From IMG/VR virus record IMGVR_UViG_3300047323_000545: DNA of 64,000 nt. One strand, written 5' to 3'. Made by a program: the position numbers and the translations under genes. The stretch's first letter is position 1; each line of letters opens with the position of its first letter. Of this stretch, positions 35,033 to 44,262 are shown one piece after another. The notes beneath the pieces were generated by a model, which saw only the letters and a program-made list of their open reading frames with translations, did not search any database and was not told the DNA's origin. This DNA comes from a virus.

Positions 35033-35689
35033 TCAGCGGATCTCGCCGTCGTAGACGCCGTCCGGCTCGCTGGCCTCCTCCATGGTGTCGACCTCGGCCT
35101 GGTAGCCCTCCAGCAGGTGCTCCAGGGCGTCCTGGGTCACGCCGTCCGGGTGGTTGGGGCCGCCGAGCGCGTCGACCAGCTCGTGCTTGCGGACCACGAT
35201 GTCGCCGTGCGGCACGAGGGCCTCGGCCCAGATGTCCAGCCGGACCGGCTCGCCGGTGGTCTCGTCCCTGGACACGTACAGCACCGGGTCCTCGGCCCCG
35301 CTCGCCAGCAGATCCCGCAGGTTGTCAGTGGTCACGGTCAGCATCTCGTCGTACTCCCCCTCGTAGCTGGGCCAGCGGTCGCCAGCCCAATTCTGGTGGT
35401 CGCCGTGCTTGTGCGGCGGCCGATCGCACTCGGTCTCCTGCGCCTGCAGGATGATCCCGAAGGAGCCGCAGGTCGGGCCGGTGGGCTCGCGTGCTTCCAT
35501 GTCGGCCTCCAGGGCTTCCTGGGCCTTCCGGCGGGCGCGCACGGTGGCAGCGGCCTTCGTGGAACGTTCGGAGCGCGCCCGGCGCGCCTCGGGACTGTTG
35601 TAGCGGGCCTCCTTCTTCGCCTTCTCAGCCGCGACGACGTCCGGGTGCGAGGCGGCCAGCTCCAGCAGCAGAGACTTCACGGACCTCAC
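35033..35689 (-). CDS. Hypothetical protein
   Basis: GTGA overlap start; C..C..H..H motif. Confidence 0.55.
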   Translation of the reverse strand: MRSVKSLLLELAASHPDVVAAEKAKKEARYNSPEARRARSERSTKAAATVRARRKAQEALEADMEAREPTGPTCGSFGIILQAQETECDRPPHKHGDHQNWAGDRWPSYEGEYDEMLTVTTDNLRDLLASGAEDPVLYVSRDETTGEPVRLDIWAEALVPHGDIVVRKHELVDALGGPNHPDGVTQDALEHLLEGYQAEVDTMEEASEPDGVYDGEIR

Positions 35690-36408
35690 GCCGACTGCCC
35701 ACCAGGCATCGGGCACTCGGGGTGCGGGTGGACTTCCTCGCCGTTCTCCTCGAAGCACAGGCCGCAGGCCAGCAGGCGGGCGTACTTCGTCTCGGTGTCA
35801 TAGGCCCAGCGCAGGACCTCGCCGGGGAAGCGGTCCACCTCGCTGTACCAGCTGCCGCCGCCGCTGCCGTCGGCCGGGTCGATGCCGACGCGGTAGTAGA
35901 TCCGGCCTGCCGTGATCTTGGTGATCTTGCACAGCTCGGGGTCGCGCTTGCCGGTGTCCGGGTTGATGTCCTCGACGACCTTGTGGGCATGCCAGAACCG
36001 GCGGCCGACGCGCGGCAGCGGGTCGTGCGTCAGGCGCGTTGCGGGCGCGGGCCCCTCGTCCTCCTTCATGACGGCCAGCAGGCCGCGCAGCTTGGCCAGC
36101 GGCACCGTGTCCCGGTGCCGGTGCTCGATGTTGACCCCGGCGTCCTTCAGGTCGGCCAGCAGCTGCTCGCGCTCCTTCATCTCCGCGTACTGCGCGGGCG
36201 TGACCAGGGTCCGCGCCCAGCCGATGTTCTGCTTGGCCGCGCCGGTGACACGGTCGAACTTGGTGTCGTCCTCGTAGGCGGCGCCCTTCCTGGTGACGTA
36301 CACGTACACGAGACCGATCCGGGAGACGACGACCTCCTCGGCACTCGCGTTGCGGTCCTCCGACACGAGGACGAGCGGCTCGCCCTTCTGCAGAGCAGGC
36401 AGAGCCAT
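35686..36408 (-). CDS. Hypothetical protein
   Basis: Start MALPAL with GGAGG RBS. Confidence 0.6.
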   Translation of the reverse strand: MALPALQKGEPLVLVSEDRNASAEEVVVSRIGLVYVYVTRKGAAYEDDTKFDRVTGAAKQNIGWARTLVTPAQYAEMKEREQLLADLKDAGVNIEHRHRDTVPLAKLRGLLAVMKEDEGPAPATRLTHDPLPRVGRRFWHAHKVVEDINPDTGKRDPELCKITKITAGRIYYRVGIDPADGSGGGSWYSEVDRFPGEVLRWAYDTETKYARLLACGLCFEENGEEVHPHPECPMPGGQSA

Positions 36409-36409
36409 G

Positions 36410-36739
36410 TCACACCTCCATGACGAGGATGCCGTCGCCGGTCTCGCCGGACGGCCGGGTGCGGAACCCGGCCCGGTCCAGGGCAAAGACGGCGGTGGCG
36501 CGGAGCCCGGCGCGCTCGTACTGGCGGGCCGAGTCGGGGATGCCGTCGCGGCCGACGATGGAGACGACTGCCAGACCGATGCGGTCGGGGCGCTCCTCGG
36601 GGTCGGCGGTCTCGGTGATGAGGTACCCGGGCGCCCGGACGTGGGCAGGGCCGCCGGGCTCGTCCTCGTGGATGTCCACGGCGGGGACGTGGGCCTCGTC
36701 GAGGACGCGGGTGATGCGGTCACGAAGGTGCACGGCCAT
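36410..36739 (-). CDS. Hypothetical protein
   Basis: Start MAVHLRD with AGGAGG RBS. Confidence 0.55.
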   Translation of the reverse strand: MAVHLRDRITRVLDEAHVPAVDIHEDEPGGPAHVRAPGYLITETADPEERPDRIGLAVVSIVGRDGIPDSARQYERAGLRATAVFALDRAGFRTRPSGETGDGILVMEV

Positions 36740-36741
36740 GA

Positions 36742-37050
36742 TCAGACCTCCTTGGAAGACGGGCGGGCGGTGAAGCGCAGGACGAAGGCGATCGCGCCGA
36801 CGGCGAAGAGGGAGGCACCGGTGTTCTTCTGGTTCTCGCCCTTCTCCTTGAGGATCTTGGCGTCGTCGTAGTCCTTCTTCTCGGTGCTCTCGTAGTTGAG
36901 CACCTCGCCCCACACGGCGGAGGAGTGGATGTCCATCCGGTTGTCGCCGGTGACGGAGTTCTCGTCGCCGACGAGCCAGAAGGTGCCGCCCGCGATGATG
37001 AGGGCGAGGCCGCCGAGCGTGAAGAAGAGTCTGCGCTGGCTGGTGGGCAT
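36742..37050 (-). CDS. Two-TM membrane protein
   Basis: Hydrophobic termini; AGGAG RBS. Confidence 0.6.
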   Translation of the reverse strand: MPTSQRRLFFTLGGLALIIAGGTFWLVGDENSVTGDNRMDIHSSAVWGEVLNYESTEKKDYDDAKILKEKGENQKNTGASLFAVGAIAFVLRFTARPSSKEV

Positions 37051-37129
37051 GGTGGTGTTCTCCTAGGCGGGAAGGAACGGCCGCGCCCCATTGTGTCGGG
37101 CGCGGCCGTCGGGGCGGTGCGGGATCGGA

Positions 37130-37591
37130 CTACTCGCAGGCGACGCCGTCGCCGTCGCGGTCGAGGTGGGAGTCGTAGCCGGGGTCACCGGAGTACAGCG
37201 GGGCGGCTCCGGCGGCGCGGGCCTCGGAGCAGTTGCTGTAGTAGGTGCTGTCGCCCCCGCTCGTGCCGCCGCTGCTGTCGTCGTAGCTGTAGCCGCTGTC
37301 GGCGGTCTCGGTCTCGGTGACGGTGACGGTCGGCGCGGGCTTCGGCTTGGCGGTCTTGGTGACCGTGACCTTCGGCGCCGGGGTCTCGGTGACGGTCGTG
37401 GTCACCGTGGCGGTCGCGGTGACGTGGACGGCGGGCTTGGCGGCCACCGGCTCCGTCTTGTCGCCGGAGCTGCCGATGGCCGAACCGATACCGAGGAGCA
37501 GGACGGCACCGGCCCACACGCGCTTGCGCTTGTACAGCGGGCGGGCGTCGGCGGGACGCGGGGCGGGCGGAGTGGTGTACGGGCTGGTCAT
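37130..37591 (-). CDS. Membrane-anchored Excalibur calcium-binding domain protein
   Basis: YYSNCSEARAAGAAPL..GDPGY..HLDRDGDGVACE; Thr/Val-rich stalk; N-terminal TM helix. Confidence 0.9.
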   Translation of the reverse strand: MTSPYTTPPAPRPADARPLYKRKRVWAGAVLLLGIGSAIGSSGDKTEPVAAKPAVHVTATATVTTTVTETPAPKVTVTKTAKPKPAPTVTVTETETADSGYSYDDSSGGTSGGDSTYYSNCSEARAAGAAPLYSGDPGYDSHLDRDGDGVACE

Positions 37592-37629
37592 GATCCCCCC
37601 TGGGATGCGTTGTGGTGGTGGACGGTGGT

Positions 37630-38169
37630 TCAGCAGGACTCTTCGAGCTTCACCGAGTAGAGCGTGACGGTGATCTCCGTGGAGTGGCTGCCGGGGGCGG
37701 GCTCCTGCTTGCAGACCTTCCAGTTGCGGTCCCACAGCAGCATCCGCTCGGCGCCGGAGGCGTCCTTCTCGCGCAGGTTGAAGAACCCGGCGGCCTGGGC
37801 GGCGTCCTGGGCGGCCTGGTGGTTCATGCCGACCAGGTCCGGCAGGTCGCCGTTGTCGGCGGGCGGCGCAGCTGCCTCGGCCGACTTGGACGCCTTCTCG
37901 ATGGCGTTCTTGAGGTCGTCCTGGCCCTTCTTGTTGTCCTTCTGCAGCTGCTTGAGGGCGTCGTCGGCCGACGTGGCCGACGGGGTCGCGGTGACCGTCT
38001 TCGTCGGCGCCGGAGCCGGAGCGCTGGCGGTGTCCTTGGCCTTGTCGTTGCCGCCCGCGATGGAGCCGATGACGAACAGGCCGACGAAGGCACCGGCCCA
38101 GGTGCGCTTCATCTTGTACCAGGGGCGCGAGGTCTTGGCGGGCTGCTGCGGAACGTTCGGGTCGTACAT
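37630..38169 (-). CDS. Membrane-anchored PASTA-like domain protein
   Basis: LPDLVGMNHQAAQD..QAAGF...DASG..R....RNWKVC.Q.P.PG. Confidence 0.75.
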   Translation of the reverse strand: MYDPNVPQQPAKTSRPWYKMKRTWAGAFVGLFVIGSIAGGNDKAKDTASAPAPAPTKTVTATPSATSADDALKQLQKDNKKGQDDLKNAIEKASKSAEAAAPPADNGDLPDLVGMNHQAAQDAAQAAGFFNLREKDASGAERMLLWDRNWKVCKQEPAPGSHSTEITVTLYSVKLEESC

Positions 38170-38212
38170 GATCCCCCCTAGGGATACGTGAGTTGACAGT
38201 GTGGTGGGTGGT

Positions 38213-38479
38213 CTACGGGGCCAGCCACGAAGTGGCGGAACGGCTGGCGTTGTCCATCACCTCGTGCTGCACCCGGCGGGCGTCCTCGCGGGCCCGTTCC
38301 AGAGCGGCGGCCGTGTCGAGGCCGCTCGGGGAGCAGCTCGGGGTGGTGGTGATGGAGACGACATGAGGCTGCATCGGGACCGGCTGGGCGCCGGTGTCCT
38401 GGAACTCTGCCGCGCAGATGATCGTGCCGAACACGGCGACCAGGACGGCGGCGTACTTGACGGTGTCACGGCGGCGCAT
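38213..38479 (-). CDS. Small secreted or membrane protein
   Basis: N-terminal hydrophobic segment. Confidence 0.45.
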   Translation of the reverse strand: MRRRDTVKYAAVLVAVFGTIICAAEFQDTGAQPVPMQPHVVSITTTPSCSPSGLDTAAALERAREDARRVQHEVMDNASRSATSWLAP

Positions 38480-38489
38480 CAGGTCTCCC

Positions 38490-38807
38490 TCAGAACGGGG
38501 GCGGGCAGTGCTCGCGGACGGGCCTGTGGTCGACGTCGCACCAGGGCTCGTGACCGGCGCGGCCGGTCGGCATGACCTTCAACGGCTCCGGCTCGCTGAC
38601 CGGCACGGGCAGGTCCTTGGTGAGACGGACGGTGGGCTCCTCCCACCGCTCGTCCATGTAGGGGTCGTAGGCGTCGCTGCCCCAGTCCGGCTCGACCGGC
38701 CCCGCGTACAGCGGCAGCTGACCGGTGCGCTCCAGGAAGGCGAACTCGCTGGAGAAGCACTCCGGCACGCCCAGCTCGACGGCCTCTTCGATGGTGATCG
38801 GCTGCAT
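38490..38807 (-). CDS. Hypothetical protein
   Basis: Start MQPITIEE by overlap. Confidence 0.5.
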   Translation of the reverse strand: MQPITIEEAVELGVPECFSSEFAFLERTGQLPLYAGPVEPDWGSDAYDPYMDERWEEPTVRLTKDLPVPVSEPEPLKVMPTGRAGHEPWCDVDHRPVREHCPPPF

Positions 38808-39142
38808 CACTGGGACTCCCTGGCGATCGTCAGGTGGAGGTGCTCGGCGAGGGCTCCGGCGGCGACGTGCGCGGTGCTCCAGGTGCGGCCGGTCCAGGCC
38901 CGCTCGCAGCTCTCGGCGTAGTCGGCCAGGGGCTGCAGGAGATCCACGGGCCAGGCGACGCGCACGCAGTTCCCGGCCGCCGGGCGGCACTCGGAGGCGA
39001 CGCCGAGCCGGGCGTTCAGCTCCTCCGGCGCGTCGGGCTCGTCCGAGAGGGCACTGGCGTCCAGGAAAGCGCGGGGGATGAGGAGTTCGGTGATGCAGGG
39101 CCGGTTGGCGGCAACCCATTCTCTGCGGCCGTCGTCGCTCAC
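38807..39142 (-). CDS. Hypothetical protein
   Basis: GTGA overlap start. Confidence 0.5.
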   Translation of the reverse strand: MSDDGRREWVAANRPCITELLIPRAFLDASALSDEPDAPEELNARLGVASECRPAAGNCVRVAWPVDLLQPLADYAESCERAWTGRTWSTAHVAAGALAEHLHLTIARESQ

Positions 39143-39336
39143 CGCTCGGCCCTCGGGGTCACCCAGGCGCGGCCGACGATGGCGAGGACGGCGGCGGCGA
39201 CCGCGTACAGGCCGGTGACGTTGGAGCACAGGGCCTGGCCCTGCGGGGTGGAGCCGTAGTGGTAGTGCAGCCACAGCCAGACGGCGGGCGTGAGGGCGGA
39301 CGGTGCTATCGGCGCGAACGCCAGGATGGGACGCAT
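39139..39336 (-). CDS. Small membrane protein
   Basis: GAGGAG RBS, CCCGCCA leader, after an early promoter. Confidence 0.55.
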   Translation of the reverse strand: MRPILAFAPIAPSALTPAVWLWLHYHYGSTPQGQALCSNVTGLYAVAAAVLAIVGRAWVTPRAER

Positions 39337-39429
39337 GGCGGGGTGTTCTCCTCGTGGCGGGTCGAGGGGGGTGGTGGTGGTTGGTTGCGGGTACCCAGCT
39401 GGCGGGCGAGAGCACCTGACAACGGCTCC

Positions 39430-39458
39430 ACTCTAATGCATCAACAGTTGCGCGTCTA
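39430..39458 (-). promoter_or_regulatory. Early promoter/operator, copy 4
   Basis: TAGACG-17-TAGAGT with GCAAC-TGTT-GATGC. Confidence 0.8.
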
Positions 39459-39466
39459 GGGGTGGG

Positions 39467-39937
39467 TCAGTCTTCCGTGAGGGCCTCCATCACCGACCAG
39501 GCCCTGCCGCCGACCTTCTCTCGGACCAGGTGAAACCCCTTGGCGCCCAGGCCGCCCTCGTCCAGCAGCCACGCCGTGCTGTGCGCGGTCAGCTGCTGGA
39601 ACGTCATCACCTGCCGGTGAGCAAGGGAGTTGGTGACCCGGTGGCCCATGTAGGTGTGCCCCATCAGGTCGTACAGCTCCCCGCCATGGCACCGGTCGCA
39701 GTTGCTGCGGTCCGGCTCGGCGGGCTCCTCGGAGCCGAGGAGAACGGACGTCCGGATGCGCTCCAACAGCCCCAGGTACGGGCCGGGCTGCTCGGCGGCG
39801 GTGATCAGCTTGGAGACGAGGTGGTCGGCCTGCGGGTGCCCGCTCTGCAGGAGGATGGTCATCAGGTCCTCGGCCTCCCGCAGGCTGTAGGTGGGCCGGG
39901 TCGGCTTGACCGCCTGGATGATCTTCGGCTCGCTCAC
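39467..39937 (-). CDS. Protein with C-terminal RNA polymerase alpha-CTD-like domain
   Basis: Start reset to GTG 39937; RVTNSL....MTFQQL.A.S.A.LLD..GLGAKG...V..K aligns with the RpoA CTD pattern. Confidence 0.65.
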   Translation of the reverse strand: MSEPKIIQAVKPTRPTYSLREAEDLMTILLQSGHPQADHLVSKLITAAEQPGPYLGLLERIRTSVLLGSEEPAEPDRSNCDRCHGGELYDLMGHTYMGHRVTNSLAHRQVMTFQQLTAHSTAWLLDEGGLGAKGFHLVREKVGGRAWSVMEALTED

Positions 39938-40218
39938 GGCGTCTCCTTGAGCAGTTCCATGATGAGGGCGGTCGTCCGCAGGCGGCCGTGAGTGTACTGG
40001 CAGCGCCCGCACTCGCGCAGGTGCTCGGCCTCCCGCTGGCGCGCCCGGGTCAGGCAGGAGACGCGGCCGGGCTCCGGGCGGCAGACGAAGAACTGCACGC
40101 CCGGCAGGTACAGGCCCGGCGGGATCGGGTGCTTCATGTCCTCGGTGACCTCTTCGAGCGGCGCCTTGCAGCCGTCGCAGGTGATCACCTTGCCGGACCG
40201 GGTCAGGGCAACAGGCAC
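39934..40218 (-). CDS. Small Cys-rich hypothetical protein
   Basis: CDGC...C...C...CGRC. Confidence 0.55.
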   Translation of the reverse strand: MPVALTRSGKVITCDGCKAPLEEVTEDMKHPIPPGLYLPGVQFFVCRPEPGRVSCLTRARQREAEHLRECGRCQYTHGRLRTTALIMELLKETP

Positions 40219-40220
40219 GG

Positions 40221-40418
40221 TCAGTCCTCGTAGGTTCCGTCGTGGTGGCCTTCGTCGTACCCCTTGCTCCAGCCGACCTGGCGGGACTCCTCGACCACCT
40301 TGTCGACCAGCTTCCGGGCCTCCGGCTCAGGCAGGGGCTTCCCAGCCAGCAGGGCATCGATGACAGCCTTGCGGGCCTGGGCGGCGGCGTTGCTGGTGCG
40401 GGGCTTTCCTGCACCCAT
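40221..40418 (-). CDS. Small hypothetical protein
   Basis: AGGAGG RBS. Confidence 0.55.
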   Translation of the reverse strand: MGAGKPRTSNAAAQARKAVIDALLAGKPLPEPEARKLVDKVVEESRQVGWSKGYDEGHHDGTYED

Positions 40419-40421
40419 GAG

Positions 40422-40904
40422 TCAGTCCTCCTTGGCGATCCAGTGGCTGGGCGCGGTGTCCGGGCCGGGCCGGTACGCGATCCAGTCGGTGACGTTGGTG
40501 TCGTGGCGGCTGGCCAGGGCTCGCTTGCCCCATTCCTGGGCGCCGGAGCGGTCGTCCGGCGCCAGGTAGGGGTTCGTCTCGTACACCACGGTGTCGGCGC
40601 CGATGCCGTAGCGCAGCACCCAGGCGGCGTCGCTGCTCCCGGCGGCCTCGTGGACGAGCGTCCACAGCGACCAGGTGACACCCTCCCACCAGCCGTACTT
40701 CGGGGCGTAGCGGACGACCCAGCCGTTGTCGGCGGCGAGGTGGGGCCGCTCGTCGTCGGCGGCCGGGTGCCGGGGGTCGAGGGTGATGCCCACGACCTCC
40801 CCGGCGGCGCAGGCGTGGGAGACGAGGTCGCCCGCGCTCATGGCGTGGTCGGTCTGGTACTTGTCGAGGGCGTCGGCCCAGTCGTCAGCGCAGGCGATGG
40901 GCAT
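40422..40904 (-). CDS. Hypothetical protein
   Basis: Start MPIACAD. Confidence 0.55.
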   Translation of the reverse strand: MPIACADDWADALDKYQTDHAMSAGDLVSHACAAGEVVGITLDPRHPAADDERPHLAADNGWVVRYAPKYGWWEGVTWSLWTLVHEAAGSSDAAWVLRYGIGADTVVYETNPYLAPDDRSGAQEWGKRALASRHDTNVTDWIAYRPGPDTAPSHWIAKED

Positions 40905-40906
40905 GA

Positions 40907-41260
40907 TCAGCTTTCCAGCTCGATGATGGCGTCGTTGGACATGCGCGGCTTGAGGATCAGGCCCGTGCTGCCGTGGACGCGCAAAGCGCCGTCGCGCATG
41001 GTGCACTCGATCGCGTAGTCGGGGCGGGCGGGGTCGGGCAGAAAGGAGATCTCCGAGCGGCGGGGCAGCAGGTGGTCCGGCCTGTCGTAGTTGCGGATGA
41101 GGGTGTCTGTCTCGCTGACGTCTCCACGCAGCCCGGCGCTGTGCTTGCGCTCGTCAGCGAGGCGCCGCCGCAGCAGGTCGAGCTTGTTCTGCACCCACTT
41201 GGGCAGGGCGTCCTCGCGCTCCTCGCGCTCCTCGTCGGACTTCAGGCGGCTGTCGGTCAT
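40907..41260 (-). CDS. Hypothetical protein
   Basis: AAGGAG RBS; LPKWVQ motif of a kind common in actinophage early proteins. Confidence 0.6.
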   Translation of the reverse strand: MTDSRLKSDEEREEREDALPKWVQNKLDLLRRRLADERKHSAGLRGDVSETDTLIRNYDRPDHLLPRRSEISFLPDPARPDYAIECTMRDGALRVHGSTGLILKPRMSNDAIIELES

Positions 41261-41263
41261 GGA

Positions 41264-41710
41264 TCAGTTCTCCTTGATGTAGTGGTGGAGGGCGTCGGCG
41301 GCATCCTTGCGGCGCATGTAGGGGCCGCCGACGTGGCCGTCCGGCGCGGCGAAGTACGAGCTGCGGCCGACGAGGAACGTGATGCCCTTGCTGGGGCCGG
41401 TCGTCGGTCCGGCGTACCCGACGGCGTCGGCGGTCGGGTACGCCTTGAGGATCAGCTTCTCCAGGGCCTCCTGCGGGTGCGGACCGCTCTCCATCGGCGA
41501 GACCCAGTCCGGGAACTCCCGCTTCATCAGCTGCTGGCCGATGTCCCAGCCCCACAGCTTGATGAACTGCGGGTACATGGGCTGGTCGAGGCGGAAGCCC
41601 TTGCCGGGGCACGGCACGCCGTTGCCGGAGTCGTGGGCGCGCAGGGCGCCGGTCGGCGTCACGGTGACGGGGTAGCTCCGGCAGCCGGGGCAGGTGGCGG
41701 AGTTGGGCAT
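41264..41710 (-). CDS. Hypothetical protein with N-terminal Zn finger
   Basis: CPGC...G.LR.H......C.G.G. Confidence 0.6.
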   Translation of the reverse strand: MPNSATCPGCRSYPVTVTPTGALRAHDSGNGVPCPGKGFRLDQPMYPQFIKLWGWDIGQQLMKREFPDWVSPMESGPHPQEALEKLILKAYPTADAVGYAGPTTGPSKGITFLVGRSSYFAAPDGHVGGPYMRRKDAADALHHYIKEN

Positions 41711-41712
41711 GG

Positions 41713-42663
41713 TCAGTTCTCCTGCGCGGCGGCGGGACGGTAGCTGCTGCAGCGCAGGTGCCCCTGCTCGTCGCAGTCGTGCAGGAGGTCCTCATCGGTG
41801 GCGGGCTCGGCCTTGGTGTCGGTGTCCTTGCCGCAGGAGGCGTTGGAGGTGTCGGCGTGCCACCAGAACTCGTCGCGGCCGTAGATGGTGTGCAGGATGC
41901 GCAGGTCGCAGTTCTTGCACACGACGAGCGACTGCGCCTCGATGTGCGCGGCGATCCCGGCCTCCAGGATCGACTGGATCATGGCCACGTTGGCGTCACC
42001 CCACACCTTGATGTCCAGGTGCACCGTGCGGTCGGCGAGGTCCTTGCCGTCCCTGGCGTCGCGGCTACTCAGCCGGGTATCGGCCTCCAGCAGCGCAACG
42101 CGCGCCCCGTGCTCGCGGGCGTCCTGGCCGAGGAACGTGACCTTGCGCAGCAGACGGTTCAGGCCTGGGAAGCGGCGGTTGACTTCCTTGCGCTCCGCCT
42201 TCTCGGCTTCCTTCTCGGCCTCGTACGCGGCCTGCTCCTTGGCCTTCTTCTCGTCGGAGAGCTGCTGGATGTACTCGCGGATCTGCTCGGGGTCGGCCAC
42301 GTACGTGGTGTTGCCGGGGCCGTAGGAGCTGGGGCGCGCCTTTTTGTCGTCGGTGGTGATCACGTGGCGGACGGAGTCGGCCATGTAGGGCCCGGTCCGC
42401 TCGGCAGCGATGAAGAACGGGCCGACCCCGGCGGTGTTTGCGCCGGGCAGCTCGATGACGAAATTCCGCGACCAGGGCTTGAATTCGAGGATGCCGCCCG
42501 CTTCGACGGCGGCGCGCAGCCGGTTGCGGGCGGTGCCGATGCTGACGTCGGCGGCCGAGGCGACCTTCTTGGAGGCCTCGGTCATGGTGAGCAGGCCGGG
42601 GGCGGCGTCGCGGATCGCCTCCAGGGCGATCGTGGTGGCCTCGTCGACCTTGGGGAGTCCCAT
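41713..42663 (-). CDS. Hypothetical protein, N-terminal winged-helix-like
   Basis: Start MGLPKVD with AGGAG RBS. Confidence 0.6.
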   Translation of the reverse strand: MGLPKVDEATTIALEAIRDAAPGLLTMTEASKKVASAADVSIGTARNRLRAAVEAGGILEFKPWSRNFVIELPGANTAGVGPFFIAAERTGPYMADSVRHVITTDDKKARPSSYGPGNTTYVADPEQIREYIQQLSDEKKAKEQAAYEAEKEAEKAERKEVNRRFPGLNRLLRKVTFLGQDAREHGARVALLEADTRLSSRDARDGKDLADRTVHLDIKVWGDANVAMIQSILEAGIAAHIEAQSLVVCKNCDLRILHTIYGRDEFWWHADTSNASCGKDTDTKAEPATDEDLLHDCDEQGHLRCSSYRPAAAQEN

Positions 42664-42743
42664 GGTGTCTGTTCTCCTGACAGCGGGGGATGGTGGTGGG
42701 AGCGTAGGGGCCGGGTCTGACACCGGCCCCGCCCAACGGCCCC

Positions 42744-42772
42744 ACTCTATCGAAACACTTGTTGCGTGTCTA
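42744..42772 (-). promoter_or_regulatory. Early promoter/operator, copy 5
   Basis: TAGACA-17-TAGAGT with GCAAC-AAGT-GTTTC. Confidence 0.8.
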
Positions 42773-42778
42773 GCTGGC

Positions 42779-43408
42779 TCAGTCACCGGTGTCGGTGTAG
42801 TGCTGCCAGCCGCAGTGCGGGCAGTTGGCGTTCCAGCCGCAGCCGGTGTCCTTGAAGGTGACGCCGGGGCGCAGGCACTCGGGGCAGGCGGTGCGGGCGG
42901 GCTTGGAGCTGGGGCCGAACGGGCCGTCGTGGTCAGGGCTGCCGTCGGCGTGGCGCAGCGACGGGAACCGGCCGTCGCCGGAGAACAGCTCGTTCTCGAA
43001 CGGGTCCGGGTCCGGCGTGCGGTTGGTCCAGCGGAACGTGGCGCGGGCGAGCTGCTTGCTGCAGTCGGGGCAGTCGCCCGCGTCCGGCTGCAGCACCGAG
43101 ACCTGCTCCTCACCGGCGCGCGTCCACAGGGCGGAGGGGGTGATGCGGACGGCGGCGCGCTCGGCGCGGGCCACAAGGACGGCGGCGGCGTGCTCGCGGG
43201 TGTAGCGGGGGCGCTCCGGCATGGCGCCGGTGGGGTCGGCCCAGTAGAAGTACCGCAGCTGCCCGTGGGCGGGCACGGCGAACGTCAGGCCGATGAACTT
43301 GCCCTCGTGCTCGTGGGTTTGGGTCTGGGTGGCCCTGGGGTGCTTCTCGGCGATGATGCGCCGCAGGTCGATGGCCTCGGTCTCGTGCGGGGTCTCGGTG
43401 TCGGGCAT
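42779..43408 (-). CDS. Hypothetical protein with CxxC motifs
   Basis: CPDC, CPEC...CPHC. Confidence 0.6.
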   Translation of the reverse strand: MPDTETPHETEAIDLRRIIAEKHPRATQTQTHEHEGKFIGLTFAVPAHGQLRYFYWADPTGAMPERPRYTREHAAAVLVARAERAAVRITPSALWTRAGEEQVSVLQPDAGDCPDCSKQLARATFRWTNRTPDPDPFENELFSGDGRFPSLRHADGSPDHDGPFGPSSKPARTACPECLRPGVTFKDTGCGWNANCPHCGWQHYTDTGD

Positions 43409-43442
43409 GTGGCGGTCCTGCCTCTCGGATGACAACGACCCC

Positions 43443-43465
43443 ACCCTAGGGCACCAGTTGATGCC
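43443..43465 (-). promoter_or_regulatory. Early promoter/operator, copy 6 (degenerate, no -35)
   Basis: GCATC-AACT-GGTGC-CC-TAGGGT. Confidence 0.55.
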
Positions 43466-43496
43466 ATTGGGTGGGGTCGAGAGAATTCGTCAGGGG

Positions 43497-43937
43497 TCAG
43501 TTCCCCTTGGGCTCGGTCAGGTCGGTGCGTACGCGGTCGATCTTGCGGATGGCGCGGCGGGCGTCCGAGCCGGGGTCGAGGACCTCACGCATGCCGTGGG
43601 CGGCGGCCTCGGCGCCGGAGGCGAACAGCGGCACGGGCGAGACGTAGTCGAGGATCGCCTCGGCCGTCTCCGGCGTGATCTCCCCGGAGACGGCCGCGAT
43701 GCGCAGCCCGAGGCTCTCACCCATGTCGTGGCATCCGGCCCAGCCCGCGCAGACCCGGGCGCGCTCGTCGTCGCGGTCGTGCTGGTGGCACAGGAACAGC
43801 GCGCCGGGCTGGGCGTAGGTCGGGCCGTCGAAGGCGGGGAGCTTGGCGTACTCCTTCTCGTCCCAGACGCCGGAGGGAACGTCCTCGCGGTACGGGCAGG
43901 AGGCGCAGGGGCGCGGCGCGGGCGGCTGGACGGTCAC
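43497..43937 (-). CDS. DUF6283-like protein
   Basis: PCASCPYR.DVPSGVW...EY.KL..FD...F.CH......CAGW..CH. Confidence 0.75.
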   Translation of the reverse strand: MTVQPPAPRPCASCPYREDVPSGVWDEKEYAKLPAFDGPTYAQPGALFLCHQHDRDDERARVCAGWAGCHDMGESLGLRIAAVSGEITPETAEAILDYVSPVPLFASGAEAAAHGMREVLDPGSDARRAIRKIDRVRTDLTEPKGN

Positions 43938-44260
43938 GGCTGCTCCTGGGCGGGCTGGACGGCGAACGACTTGCACACGCAGCCGGGGACGGCGCAGATG
44001 CCGCCGGAGGCGTGCCAGTTGTAGGTGTGCCCGCACCGGGGGTCGTCGCAGGGGTCGGCGAGGTACGGGCGCGGGGGCATGGGCCAGCCCTCCTCCTCTT
44101 CGGCTTCGCTCAGGGCGTCGAGTTCGTCCTCAAGACACGCCGTGTGCCACGACGTTGACGGCCGCTCCACCTTCCCGGCGTCGTCCAGCTCGGCAGGGGA
44201 GGTCACACGGTCGTCCGGCGGGACACGCTTCCCGCATACGTCGCAGCACGGCTGGGGCAT
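43934..44260 (-). CDS. Cys/His-rich small protein
   Basis: Start MPQPCCD with AAGGAG RBS. Confidence 0.55.
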   Translation of the reverse strand: MPQPCCDVCGKRVPPDDRVTSPAELDDAGKVERPSTSWHTACLEDELDALSEAEEEEGWPMPPRPYLADPCDDPRCGHTYNWHASGGICAVPGCVCKSFAVQPAQEQP

Positions 44261-44262
44261 CT

